In this document: positions 15,310-24,000 of the stretch, piece by piece
Numbering within the stretch: position 1 is the first letter of the stretch
How the letters are laid out: every line of letters begins with the position of its first letter
From: Lacrimispora algidixylanolytica
GTDB lineage: Bacteria > Bacillota > Clostridia > Lachnospirales > Lachnospiraceae
Assembly: GCF_003609635.1 (NCBI RefSeq)
Contig: NZ_MCIA01000030.1
Span: forward strand, 166,984 to 190,983
Direction of reading: 5' to 3'
Length of the DNA: 24,000 nucleotides
The notes under the pieces: generated by a model
What the model was told of the DNA's origin: nothing
Seen by the model: only the letters and a program-made list of their open reading frames with translations
Databases searched by the model: none
Position numbers and translations under genes: made by a program

Positions 15310-16065
15310 TCAAAAACCTTTTACTTCAACTCCCTTTACTGCCAACTCTTCTCTTATTCTCTTTACAAAAGAAAGTGCATTGGCACCATCTCCATGAACG
15401 CAGACCGAATCCGCCGTTATTGATAAATCGGTTCCATCAATCGCCTTTACTCTTCCTTCCCTTGCCATGCGTACGACTTGCATCACAGCCTTTTCTTTCT
15501 CTTCAATTACTGCCCCCTTATTGATTCTTGAAACCAAAGTTCCATCCTTTTCATAAGCTCTGTCTGCAAATACTTCGCTGGCATAGGAAAGCTTACATTC
15601 CATTGCTGCCCGGAGCATCTCACTTCCACTTAAAGCCAAAAGCACCAGACTAGGATCCACATCATGGATTGCCTGGCAGATGGCCTCTGCCAGTCTATAA
15701 TCAGTTGCAGCCATGTTATACAAGGCTCCATGCGGCTTTACATGGTGAAGACGTATGGAGGCACTGTCGCAAAATGCCTTTAATGCTCCGATTTGATAGG
15801 TTACGCAGGCCTTAACTTCTTTTGGAGATAGATTCATATTCCTTCTTCCAAATCCACTAAGATCTGGAAAACCGGGATGAGCCCCTGGCCTTACCCCATG
15901 TACCTTACAAAGAGCTACGGTACGCTCCATAATCAGAGGATCCCCTGCATGAAATCCGCAGGCAATATTTGCCGATGTAATAAGTGGTATGATTTCTTCA
16001 TCCACTCCCATCTTGTATGCCCCAAAGCTTTCTCCTAAATCACAGTTTAAGTCAATGGTTGCCAT
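15310..16065 (-). CDS. pxpA: 5-oxoprolinase subunit A (LamB/YcsF family)
   Basis: 251 aa. IDLNCDLGESFGAYKMG and NIACGFHAGDP motifs. Confidence 0.9.
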   Translation of the reverse strand: MATIDLNCDLGESFGAYKMGVDEEIIPLITSANIACGFHAGDPLIMERTVALCKVHGVRPGAHPGFPDLSGFGRRNMNLSPKEVKACVTYQIGALKAFCDSASIRLHHVKPHGALYNMAATDYRLAEAICQAIHDVDPSLVLLALSGSEMLRAAMECKLSYASEVFADRAYEKDGTLVSRINKGAVIEEKEKAVMQVVRMAREGRVKAIDGTDLSITADSVCVHGDGANALSFVKRIREELAVKGVEVKGF

Positions 16066-16091
16066 ATATAATCTCCTTTCCCTAGAACCCC

Positions 16092-16898
16092 TTAGCTATA
16101 CTTTAAGATCGTGTTTTTAACATCTGTAATAAACATATGGCCGGGAGCGTGGGTCATTGCAAACGATGGCCGGCTGTTCATCAAGACAGCTTGAGGGGTA
16201 ACCCCACACGGCCAAAACACTGGCACTTCCCCCTCTTTTATGGTCACTGGATCCCCGTAATCCGGCTCTTTAATATTTTCTATCCCAATGAATTCTGGAT
16301 ACCCTATATGGATTGGAGCACCGTGTACCTTTGGCATAGCAGCAGTTACTGCAACTGCCATTGGGACTTTACTATGGGGGATCGGTCTCATGCTTACCAC
16401 CATAGTTCCAGAAAAGACTCCTGCTGAAATACAAGGAATGTTTGTGTTGTACATCGGGACATTAACACCTTCCTCAATCTGCCTCACGGGTATGTCTGCC
16501 TCTAAAAGCTCGGCTTCAAAAGAAAAGCTGCATCCGATCAGAAAACTTATGAGCCTGCCTTTTGTTTTCTGGTATTCCTCAAACCGGGAGGATATATTCG
16601 TTGATTCTCCAGTACAGATTCCATTTTCATAGATTCGGTATCTGGGAATGTCTTTTGTAATATCACTGCCTTTAGCGGTCTGAGGAAAGGATCTAGAACC
16701 TGCATCCGATACCTCCAGTAAGGGACAAGCTCTGGGATTTCGTTGGCAGAACAACAGTAAATCCCAAGAAAGTTCTTCTGGTAGAATCACTAAGTTACCC
16801 TGAGCGTAACCGTTACACATTCCGGTAGTCGGACCGTCTATGATCCCGTTTCGTATGAGTTCTCTTACCTGACTTGGCTTACTTTCTGCATAATCCAT
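16092..16898 (-). CDS. DUF1445 putative hydro-lyase (D-glutamate cyclase family; B. subtilis YcsI-like)
   Basis: 268 aa. GMCNGYAQGNLVILPEELSWDLLLFCQRNPRACPLLEV matches the DUF1445 N-terminal signature as I recall it. Confidence 0.8.
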   Translation of the reverse strand: MDYAESKPSQVRELIRNGIIDGPTTGMCNGYAQGNLVILPEELSWDLLLFCQRNPRACPLLEVSDAGSRSFPQTAKGSDITKDIPRYRIYENGICTGESTNISSRFEEYQKTKGRLISFLIGCSFSFEAELLEADIPVRQIEEGVNVPMYNTNIPCISAGVFSGTMVVSMRPIPHSKVPMAVAVTAAMPKVHGAPIHIGYPEFIGIENIKEPDYGDPVTIKEGEVPVFWPCGVTPQAVLMNSRPSFAMTHAPGHMFITDVKNTILKYS

Positions 16899-16937
16899 AA
16901 TTGCCTCCTTTTCTCTTTCCCTTTATTCTGTTGATGA

Positions 16938-17966
16938 TCATTCATCCATTACATCCATGAGCCGTTTCCTAAAATCTTTAAGCTTTTTATCTTCTTTTCG
17001 ATAAATCCCAACTGCCTCCTTAGGTGTTATAAACTGAAACGTGACCCATTCTCCAGGCCGTAACTGGGCCAATGACGGTATGTCTGTGGAGATAACCGTT
17101 CCAATCTTCGCATATCCTCCCGTGGCTTGATGATCCGCCATCATTACCATAGGAAGTCCAGAAGCTGAAATTTGTATGGAACCTTCCACAATTCCATCTG
17201 ATATAATATCAGCTCCTTCTTTTAAACCAATGAGAGGTCCTTCCAGCTTGCATGCCATGCGGTCGCAGCTCATAGATAGTTGATAAGGATTACGAAGAAA
17301 GGTTTTTAATCCTTCCTCTGTAAATGCCTCAGCCTGAGGCCCTTCTACTACTCGTAACAAGACATAACCATGAAGACCATAATAACGGCTGGGTGTGGAC
17401 GGCCTTCTAAGGAAAGACTTATCTTCTCCTAAAGCAAACTTATCTTCTCTCCCTTTTACTATCTCCACAAAAACCTTGACTTGCTCCGTTGTTTTTCCTG
17501 TGGGCAAACAGTCTCCCTGCTTTAAAGCCCTTCCCTTAAACCCTCCCAGTCTGCATTTTAGATTGGTGGAACGGCTTCCCATCACAGCGGGAACCGATAT
17601 TCCCCCATGCACAGCCAGATAAGTCCTAAGACCAGTTGGTGCCAAGGAAAGGGTAAGGACATCTCCCTCCTGCGCGCAAACGGGAGCATACATTGGGATA
17701 GGTTCTCCATTCAGCAGCGGTCGCATATCTGCGCCGGTCAAAGAAAACACTTCAGGAGAGGTGAAACGAATCTCTCCTCCCCTTAAAGTAAATTCCACCA
17801 CTGCTTCCTTGCAATTCTCATCAAAATTTCCAGCCAGTAGATTGGATAGCTTCATGGAGTACTTATCACAGGCTCCACTTTTTTGAAACCCCTGGCTTTG
17901 ATACCCTTCTCTTCCTAGATCTTGTATGGTGGACAATGCTCCGGGTTGTATCATCTCTAATCCCAT
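16938..17966 (-). CDS. pxpC: 5-oxoprolinase subunit C (KipA / allophanate hydrolase subunit 2 family)
   Basis: 342 aa. IQPGALSTIQDLGREGYQ and ATGGYAKIGTVISTDIPSLAQLRPGEWVTF motifs. It starts 1 nt after the pxpB stop. Confidence 0.9.
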   Translation of the reverse strand: MGLEMIQPGALSTIQDLGREGYQSQGFQKSGACDKYSMKLSNLLAGNFDENCKEAVVEFTLRGGEIRFTSPEVFSLTGADMRPLLNGEPIPMYAPVCAQEGDVLTLSLAPTGLRTYLAVHGGISVPAVMGSRSTNLKCRLGGFKGRALKQGDCLPTGKTTEQVKVFVEIVKGREDKFALGEDKSFLRRPSTPSRYYGLHGYVLLRVVEGPQAEAFTEEGLKTFLRNPYQLSMSCDRMACKLEGPLIGLKEGADIISDGIVEGSIQISASGLPMVMMADHQATGGYAKIGTVISTDIPSLAQLRPGEWVTFQFITPKEAVGIYRKEDKKLKDFRKRLMDVMDE

Positions 17967-17967
17967 G

Positions 17968-18657
17968 CTACCACCTCATTTCTGGTGTCTGGCTAATTTC
18001 ATCAAATTCCTTTTGACTTATGGGAACAAATCGAATGGAGTCCCCTGCTTGATATCGCCCTTTTTCTCCCATCTGAGGATCAAAAAGCCGAAGAGGAGTC
18101 CGTCCGATCAGCTGCCAGCCACCGGGAGACTCCATCGGGTAAATTCCAGTCTGTTCTCCTCCAATTCCAACGGATCCAGCTGGAATTTTCGTTCTTGGTA
18201 ATGAAAGTCGAGGGGTTATGATCCGTTCATCCATTCCTCCAAGGTAAGGAAATCCTGGAAGGAACCCAAGCATATAGATGCGGTAATCCCGGCCTGAATG
18301 AATCTCAATGACTTCTTCTTCCTTTAAACCCGAATGCTCTGCCACAAAGGAGAGATCCTTCCCATGGATTCCTCCATAGCAAACGGGGATTCGAACCAAT
18401 GTTCCCGTCTCCTTTTTGCTCTCCCCGCTTGTTTTACAGATATTGATGAGAAACTGGGATACTTCATCGAAATCTATGACCAATGGATCATAATAAACCA
18501 AAAGAGATGCAAAGGCAGGAACTGTTTCTAAAATCCCTTCTCTGGAAGTGGAACGCACTTTCTCGTTTAGTTCCATGACCTTTCGGTTGATTGATTCGCT
18601 GATAGAATCTCCAAGCTCTGCCAACACAGCGCGGTCTCCAACTGCTTTGAGTCTCAT
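17968..18657 (-). CDS. pxpB: 5-oxoprolinase subunit B (KipI / allophanate hydrolase subunit 1 family)
   Basis: 229 aa. MRLKAVGDRAVLAELGD and MLGFLPGFPYLGGMD motifs. ATGA overlap with the upstream DUF4392 gene. Confidence 0.9.
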   Translation of the reverse strand: MRLKAVGDRAVLAELGDSISESINRKVMELNEKVRSTSREGILETVPAFASLLVYYDPLVIDFDEVSQFLINICKTSGESKKETGTLVRIPVCYGGIHGKDLSFVAEHSGLKEEEVIEIHSGRDYRIYMLGFLPGFPYLGGMDERIITPRLSLPRTKIPAGSVGIGGEQTGIYPMESPGGWQLIGRTPLRLFDPQMGEKGRYQAGDSIRFVPISQKEFDEISQTPEMRW

Positions 18658-19736
18658 GACGATTCTCTCCTTTCCCCAAAGAATCCCTTTGCAATCACTG
18701 GGGCAAACCAGTGTTCCGAGTTACAGGAATAACGGACGGCGTAGGCGGTGCACTGGCGCATCAGACTAACGATTCCTGTATTCATCTTCGTATTAAAGCC
18801 GTCAATTCCCGGCAATAAAGAACCTGTCATGTCCACAAGACCGCTTCGTGAGGCGACTCGCATAACCTCTGCCTCCATCTCCTCTCTGTGAAGAATCTCC
18901 ATATCCCGTTTTAAATAAGCAATTGCAGCCATCAAAGCGTAGCAACCCCAATCCGAACAGGTCGCCGTAATAATATAATCGGTGCTGCTTGCGGAAAGAA
19001 TCCCACCTTTGCAACCGCAGGTGCACTCTCCTGGCCCGGTAAATGGTACATATTTCGTAATATGATCGGCAATGGCACCCATGCCGATCTCATTACCCAA
19101 ATCGCCAATGGCAATGCTTAACACACCTGCTGCCCGAAGCATCCCCCACAACACATCACTTTTTGCTTCCAGTTCTGTTACATTTAACCCTGCAGCATTG
19201 TGATAAACTCCAAGTTCGTTCGCTCCCGGTGCTTCCACGGAGATAACGGCTGACGGCATGAATTCCTTCATCAGTAGGTTTCCGTCTTTTTCTGCTTGTT
19301 TTAGATCCTTTGGAAAAGCTACCACTCCCATGCTGTAAGGCAGATTTCTTACTTCCTTTAAATCCTCATATATATGAAGGCCTACCACTCCGGCACACCT
19401 TTTTACCGGTTCTACGCAATCCTCCGGACAAAGTATGACAGGCTTCCCGCCAAATGCCAGGACTAGAGATCTTGCAAAAAGAATGGAGCTAACCATACCA
19501 TCCATTTCCGGCTGCTTATGGGGAAGGAGAACAAATCCAGTGAGGATATAAACCAGATCATCTTTCTTTACAGTGTTACAAAGGCTTTCTGCCGCACTCA
19601 TGGAAAGAGGCTCTCCCATCTTTTCCCGGCTTCCGGCATAGAGGATCCTACAGACACCATACCCCCTGGGATCCAGATTCATTAAGGCATCCAGATTCTC
19701 GCCTACGTTTCTTTTTTCCAGCTCTGCTCTTTCCAT
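18654..19736 (-). CDS. DUF4392 (glutamate-cyclase-associated domain) protein
   Basis: LTGFVLL...PEMDGMVSS and AIGDLGNEIGMG resemble the DUF4392 signatures. I prefer the start at ATG 19736 (MERAELEK...), which has GGGAGGGG upstream. The ORF-track start at 19778 is a TTG without an RBS. Confidence 0.7.
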   Translation of the reverse strand: MERAELEKRNVGENLDALMNLDPRGYGVCRILYAGSREKMGEPLSMSAAESLCNTVKKDDLVYILTGFVLLPHKQPEMDGMVSSILFARSLVLAFGGKPVILCPEDCVEPVKRCAGVVGLHIYEDLKEVRNLPYSMGVVAFPKDLKQAEKDGNLLMKEFMPSAVISVEAPGANELGVYHNAAGLNVTELEAKSDVLWGMLRAAGVLSIAIGDLGNEIGMGAIADHITKYVPFTGPGECTCGCKGGILSASSTDYIITATCSDWGCYALMAAIAYLKRDMEILHREEMEAEVMRVASRSGLVDMTGSLLPGIDGFNTKMNTGIVSLMRQCTAYAVRYSCNSEHWFAPVIAKGFFGERRESS

Positions 19737-19774
19737 AATCCCCTCCCATATCGCACTACTCTGCGTCATATGAA

Positions 19775-20632
19775 TCAATCAAACAGGCTTTTCTTTCCTG
19801 TATAAGCAAGGTATTCTGAGATAACTTCATCCTGGATTAACAATAAGTTCTTTGGATCTTTCCCCCCTACAGGCTTCCCATCAATCTGGTTTGCATGGAG
19901 GCAAAAATTAGATGATGAAGTCACAATAATCTCATCTGCATCCATAAGCTCTGATAAGGTAAATGGGCGCTCTATGACTGGAATGCCAAGTCGGTAGCAA
20001 GCTGATATCATATGAGTCTTTGAAATTCCCCGAAGGATCATAGTGTCATTGGGGTGGGAATAAAAAATTCCATCCTTTAAAATAGAGACATTGCTATGGG
20101 CACATTCTGTCACAATTTCCCCACGGTGGAATATTGTTTCCTCTGCTCCTGCTTCCTTGGCTTTTTGAGAGGCCATAACAGATGGAATCAGATTTAAGGT
20201 CTTTATATTGCAGTGGTAGAATCTTGTGTCCTCTCTGGTGATTAATGAAACGGGAACCTCTGGATCTTTTAACCGATTTGGCCGTATCATGACCCATAAC
20301 TTTCCCAACATATCATCTGCAAACGTATGGTTTCTGGTGCCAGCTCCTCTGGTCACCTGCCAATAAACGAAATGAGTCTCCCCCTCCACCATGGAAAGAA
20401 GCCTTGTTAAAAGTTCTCCAAACTCCTCTTTTTCCATGGGAATCTTAATATCCAGAGCCTTTGCACTGGAATAAAAGCGGTCCAAATGGTCCTGTAAAAG
20501 ATAGACCTTATGGTTTCCTCCTACCGTGGCATCATAAACACCGTCTCCAAAGAAATGGACCCTGTCGTTAAATGGTATGGTTAATTCATCTGGAGTCCCT
20601 ATCGTTCCATCATAGTAAGCAAGTTCTTTCAT
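19775..20632 (-). CDS. dat: D-amino-acid (D-alanine) aminotransferase, fold-type IV PLP enzyme
   Basis: Aligns by eye with Bacillus Dat. Matches include FFGDGVYD, the catalytic Lys context CNIKTLNLI, and ECAHSNVSILKDGIFYSHPNDTMILRGISK. Start ATG 20632 (MKELAYYDG) gives an ATGA overlap with the upstream gene. The track extension to 20701 lies inside that gene. Confidence 0.85.
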   Translation of the reverse strand: MKELAYYDGTIGTPDELTIPFNDRVHFFGDGVYDATVGGNHKVYLLQDHLDRFYSSAKALDIKIPMEKEEFGELLTRLLSMVEGETHFVYWQVTRGAGTRNHTFADDMLGKLWVMIRPNRLKDPEVPVSLITREDTRFYHCNIKTLNLIPSVMASQKAKEAGAEETIFHRGEIVTECAHSNVSILKDGIFYSHPNDTMILRGISKTHMISACYRLGIPVIERPFTLSELMDADEIIVTSSSNFCLHANQIDGKPVGGKDPKNLLLIQDEVISEYLAYTGKKSLFD

Positions 20633-21288
20633 TCTTTCACCTTCTTTTCCGTAATGACACCAAATCTTAATCTTACGTAATCCTCGATTAATTCCACGCA
20701 TTGTTTTAGTCCCAGGCGCTGGGTATTAAGGCACAAGTCATAGTTTTGTGGATTCTTCCACTGTCTACCGGTATGGTAGAGATAGTAGGCGTTTCTGTAT
20801 TTATCTAGTTGATCCACATATTTTCCTGCCTGAGTCCTAGATATCCCCTGACGTTCCATCTCCCGTTCTAATCTAAAATCATAGGGAGCATCGAGAAAAA
20901 CCGATACCACATTTGGCTCATCCTTTAATATAAAGTCAGCTGCTCTGCCAATACACACATAGGATTCCTGTTCTAACAACTCCTTTAATACCTTAGCCTG
21001 ATAATTGAACAAGTTTTGATCCGATAAGAAATTTCCGCTCTCCGGTGGTATGACTTCTCCATTATACACCCTTTTAGAAGCCCGATATAAGAGTGTTTTT
21101 CTTGTTATTTCATCTGCCTCTGCAAATATGGTTTCGTTGATTCCACTGTCCTCGGAAGCAAGCTGCAAAAGCTTTCGGTCATAAAGGTCGATGCCATAAA
21201 AAAAGGCCAGTTCTTTTCCGATTAAACTTCCTCCGCTTCCGCAGGTACGGGTTATGGCCAGTGCAAAATGTCTGCTGCCATCCTTCAT
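20629..21288 (-). CDS. Cytidylate-kinase-like family protein (degenerate P-loop, function unknown)
   Basis: 219 aa. AITRTCGSGGSLIGKELAFFYGIDLYDRKLL is typical of the Cytidylate_kin2-type family, which lacks the Walker-A lysine. Confidence 0.75.
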   Translation of the reverse strand: MKDGSRHFALAITRTCGSGGSLIGKELAFFYGIDLYDRKLLQLASEDSGINETIFAEADEITRKTLLYRASKRVYNGEVIPPESGNFLSDQNLFNYQAKVLKELLEQESYVCIGRAADFILKDEPNVVSVFLDAPYDFRLEREMERQGISRTQAGKYVDQLDKYRNAYYLYHTGRQWKNPQNYDLCLNTQRLGLKQCVELIEDYVRLRFGVITEKKVKE

Positions 21289-21299
21289 CTTTTTTCCTC

Positions 21300-21998
21300 C
21301 TATTGGCCCAGATATGCTTTTTTCACACGCACATCCTTTAATAGCTCACCTGCATTTCCCTCCATGGAAATCTTGCCTGTTTCCATGACATAGGCGCGGT
21401 TTGAAATAGATAATGCCATCTTAGCGTTTTGTTCCACAAGCAGTATGGTGATTCCATTTTGATTCACTTCTTTTATAATGGAGAATATCTCTTTTACCAG
21501 TAGAGGTGACAATCCCATAGAAGGCTCATCCATTAAGATCATCTTTGGCTTTGCCATCAATGCCCGGCCAACGGCAAGCATTTGCTGCTCTCCTCCGGAT
21601 AAGGTGCCGGCAAGCTGTCTTTTTCTTTCTTTGAGTCTGGAAAACCGATTATAAACATCCTCCATAGTGGCTGACATATCCTTTTGATCCGCAAATGCTC
21701 CCATTTCCAAATTCTCTTCCACTGTCATCTGAGGAAATATATGTCTGCCCTCAGGTACATGGGCAAGCTTTAATCGAATGATTTTGCTGGGTTCGGTTTT
21801 CCTAAGGTCGGTTTGCTCAAAGCGAATCTCTCCTTCATCGGCCTTTTTAAGCCCTGAAATCGTTCTTAAGATTGTGGTTTTCCCGGCACCATTGGCACCG
21901 ATTAACGATACAATTTCACCACGATTCACCTTTAGAGAAACGTTATGAATGGCATGAATGGCTCCGTAGGATACGGACAAGTTGCTAATCTCAAGCAT
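21300..21998 (-). CDS. livF: Branched-chain-amino-acid-type ABC transporter ATP-binding protein LivF
   Basis: Walker A GANGAGKTT, signature LSGGEQQ, Walker B ILMDEPS. Start ATG 21998 (MLEISNLSV) has GAGGAGGTG 7 nt upstream. 8-nt overlap with livG. Confidence 0.9.
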   Translation of the reverse strand: MLEISNLSVSYGAIHAIHNVSLKVNRGEIVSLIGANGAGKTTILRTISGLKKADEGEIRFEQTDLRKTEPSKIIRLKLAHVPEGRHIFPQMTVEENLEMGAFADQKDMSATMEDVYNRFSRLKERKRQLAGTLSGGEQQMLAVGRALMAKPKMILMDEPSMGLSPLLVKEIFSIIKEVNQNGITILLVEQNAKMALSISNRAYVMETGKISMEGNAGELLKDVRVKKAYLGQ

Positions 21999-22797
21999 CT
22001 TCTTCCACCTCCTCATCCTCTTTTCCAAGATATGCTTCTATGACTCTCTGGTTGTTTGCAATTTCCTTTGGAGTGCCAAACGCTATGGTCGTTCCAAAAT
22101 CCAACACTTTAATCCGTTCGCAAATCTTCATGACAAGACTCATATCATGCTCAATGAGAAGAACGGAGATCTTAAACTCTTTTCGAATATAGTTGATAAT
22201 ATCTAATAGCTCCTCCGTCTCCGTAGGATTCATGCCTGCTGCCGGTTCATCAAGTAAAAGAAGCTTCATATCTGTTGCCAGTGCCCTGGCAATTTCCAGC
22301 CTTCTTTGTTCTCCGTAAGGAAGATTTCCTGCTTTTAACTCCTCCTTGCCTTCTAAGTGAACCACCTTTAAAAGCTCCTTTGCCCGCTCTGTCAATAATG
22401 CCTCTTGTTTCCAATACTTTGGAGTGCGAAAAACAGCATGAAAGAAGCCATAGGAAAGTCTGGAATTCATGGCGGCTTTTATATTATCAATTACCGACAT
22501 TTTCTTGAATAACCGGATATTTTGAAATGTTCTTGCAATTCCCGCTTCAACAATCTGGTAGGTGTTCTTTCCATTCATTCGCTGGCCATTTAGGTAAAAA
22601 GAGCCTTCGGTTGGTTTGTATACCCCAGTAATTAAATTAAATACTGTGGTTTTCCCAGCTCCGTTTGGCCCAATAAGACCGATTAACTCAGATTCTCCAA
22701 TTTCCAGATCAAAGCTGTCTACTGCTTTTAATCCACCAAACTGAATCCCAAGATTTTGAACCATTAACACCGGGGGCTTTTTTGCCGCTTCTTTCAT
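21991..22797 (-). CDS. livG: Branched-chain-amino-acid-type ABC transporter ATP-binding protein LivG
   Basis: 268 aa. Walker A GPNGAGKTT, LPYGEQRRLEIARAL signature, LLLDEPAAG. Confidence 0.9.
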   Translation of the reverse strand: MKEAAKKPPVLMVQNLGIQFGGLKAVDSFDLEIGESELIGLIGPNGAGKTTVFNLITGVYKPTEGSFYLNGQRMNGKNTYQIVEAGIARTFQNIRLFKKMSVIDNIKAAMNSRLSYGFFHAVFRTPKYWKQEALLTERAKELLKVVHLEGKEELKAGNLPYGEQRRLEIARALATDMKLLLLDEPAAGMNPTETEELLDIINYIRKEFKISVLLIEHDMSLVMKICERIKVLDFGTTIAFGTPKEIANNQRVIEAYLGKEDEEVEEDA

Positions 22798-22799
22798 TG

Positions 22800-23819
22800 T
22801 TACACACCTCCTTTTGTTTTCTCATTCCTGGAATCCTTTTTGCCACCTTCTTGCCTTGTAAGCTTTTTTATCAGGCGAGTGAGGGAAAACTCCCAGTTTC
22901 CAAAAATCCCTCCTGGTCGAAAGATCATTACCATTACTAGGATTATGGAATATACCAGCATCCGGTATTTGGAGAACTGACGGGTCATTTCCGGCAGAGA
23001 GGATAAGAATGCAGCTCCAAGAATAGAGCCGGTTAAAGATCCAGTTCCTCCGATGATAACTTCAGAAAGCAGTTCCGCAGAATACATAAAGTTAAAGTTC
23101 GTTGGGATCATGGCGGTCATATAATGAGCGTAAATTCCACCTCCCACTCCTGCAAAAAAAGCAGCCACGGTAAAGGTCATTACTTTATAATATGTCACAT
23201 TAATTCCAGAGGCCGCTGCTGCGATGTAATCCTCCCGTATGGCCTTTACGGTCCTTCCAAACCGGCTTCTCACATACATGTACATGACTGCGACGCAAGC
23301 AGCCATGATCCAATAACACCAGTAGAAATCTGACAATTTTAATATCCCACTCATGGTCTTTCCTCCCCCGGTAATAGGGAAGTTGCAAAAACAGACCCTT
23401 ATAATTTCAGCAAATGCCACGGTAACAATGGCTAAGTAATCTCCTTTTAAGCGAAGAGCCGGTATGCCAACCATAACTCCTGTGATTCCAGCCATAGCCC
23501 CTCCAGCCATTAAGGCCGTGAGAAACAAAAAGAAATCCGGCAGCCCCTTTCCAGCCAAAGCACTGGATACAATGGCAGAGGTATATGCTCCCACAGATAC
23601 AAAACCTGCATGCCCCAGGGAGAATTCACCCATAAACCCTACCACAAGATTTAAAGATGCTACCATTATAATTGTATAACAAGCTGTCGTGCATATTCCC
23701 TTTATGTACTGAGTGGATGGCCCAAATACCTTGGTTTCAAAGAGAAGGACGAATAAAAGAAATACAGCTATCACGCCCAGGATGTTAATCAAATAAGAAA
23801 TCTTATACTTTTTTTCCAT
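22800..23819 (-). CDS. livM: Branched-chain-amino-acid-type ABC transporter permease LivM
   Basis: 339-aa polytopic membrane protein. GEFSLGHAGFVSVGAYTSA is typical of LivM. It sits directly upstream of livG. Confidence 0.88.
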   Translation of the reverse strand: MEKKYKISYLINILGVIAVFLLFVLLFETKVFGPSTQYIKGICTTACYTIIMVASLNLVVGFMGEFSLGHAGFVSVGAYTSAIVSSALAGKGLPDFFLFLTALMAGGAMAGITGVMVGIPALRLKGDYLAIVTVAFAEIIRVCFCNFPITGGGKTMSGILKLSDFYWCYWIMAACVAVMYMYVRSRFGRTVKAIREDYIAAAASGINVTYYKVMTFTVAAFFAGVGGGIYAHYMTAMIPTNFNFMYSAELLSEVIIGGTGSLTGSILGAAFLSSLPEMTRQFSKYRMLVYSIILVMVMIFRPGGIFGNWEFSLTRLIKKLTRQEGGKKDSRNEKTKGGV

Positions 23820-23830
23820 GTTCCACCTCT

Positions 23831-24000
23831 CTACACCTTCTCGCCCACATTCTTACCAAGAATGCCAGACGGTTTCACCAAAAGGATGACAATTAAGATG
23901 GCATAGGTGATAGCCTCATACCAGCCTGGAGCAAACAGCTTTACAAAGATCTCAATGAGCCCTACTAAGATTCCTCCAAGCATAGCTCCAGGTATAATTC
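23831..24000 (-). CDS. livH: Branched-chain-amino-acid-type ABC transporter permease LivH, C-terminal fragment (N-terminus beyond the right window edge)
   Basis: Absent from the ORF track. The minus strand ends ...VKPSGILGKNVGEKV-TAG (stop 23831-23833), the typical LivH C-terminus. The frame stays open to position 24000. Confidence 0.8.
   Translation of the reverse strand, partial: IIPGAMLGGILVGLIEIFVKLFAPGWYEAITYAILIVILLVKPSGILGKNVGEKV

Noticed and set aside
15066-15524. 152-aa and 63-aa plus-strand ORFs spanning the RR-pxpA spacer
   Set aside because: They run antisense into the pxpA 3' end, have no RBS and give proline/leucine-rich nonsense-like sequence.
1-24000. Searched for CRISPR arrays, tandem repeats, tRNA/rRNA genes, transposase/integrase genes and defence-system genes
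   Set aside because: I recognised none by eye. Apart from the 166-bp palindrome and the possible gene remnant at 12705-12961, nothing here suggests a mobile element.

Overview
24-kb chromosomal segment of a low-GC Firmicute; gene content looks Clostridia/Lachnospiraceae-like. I count 27 protein genes, all but one on the minus strand, tightly packed with several ATGA start/stop overlaps. Read along the minus strand (right to left), the window starts with a livHMGF-type ABC importer. Next come a cytidylate-kinase-like P-loop protein, a D-amino-acid aminotransferase, DUF4392, pxpB, pxpC, DUF1445 (D-glutamate cyclase family) and pxpA. Then follow a LytTR response regulator with an AgrC-type (HPK10) histidine kinase, and a 1-kb AT-rich gap with no credible ORF. 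After the gap lies a complete acetone-pathway operon (thl-adc-ctfA-ctfB), then a 48-aa agrD-like peptide gene absent from the ORF track, then agrB. Further left, a plus-strand flavodiiron protein is divergent from a small AraC/SoxS-like regulator that overlaps an orphan clpP. The remainder is DUF523/TudS-like plus an HD hydrolase, aspartate kinase, a 166-bp palindromic intergenic element, an Fe-S aldo/keto reductase, and a two-domain PPK2 cut by the window edge (also absent from the ORF track). I saw no rRNA, tRNA, CRISPR array, transposase or integrase. The two most notable observations are (1) an agr-type quorum-sensing system split in two and wrapped around the acetone operon, with LytTR-style 21-bp-spaced repeats in front of agrD, and (2) a 5-oxoprolinase operon interleaved with both halves of the D-glutamate cyclase architecture and a D-amino-acid transaminase. 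All functional calls come from motif recognition by eye; no database search was run.
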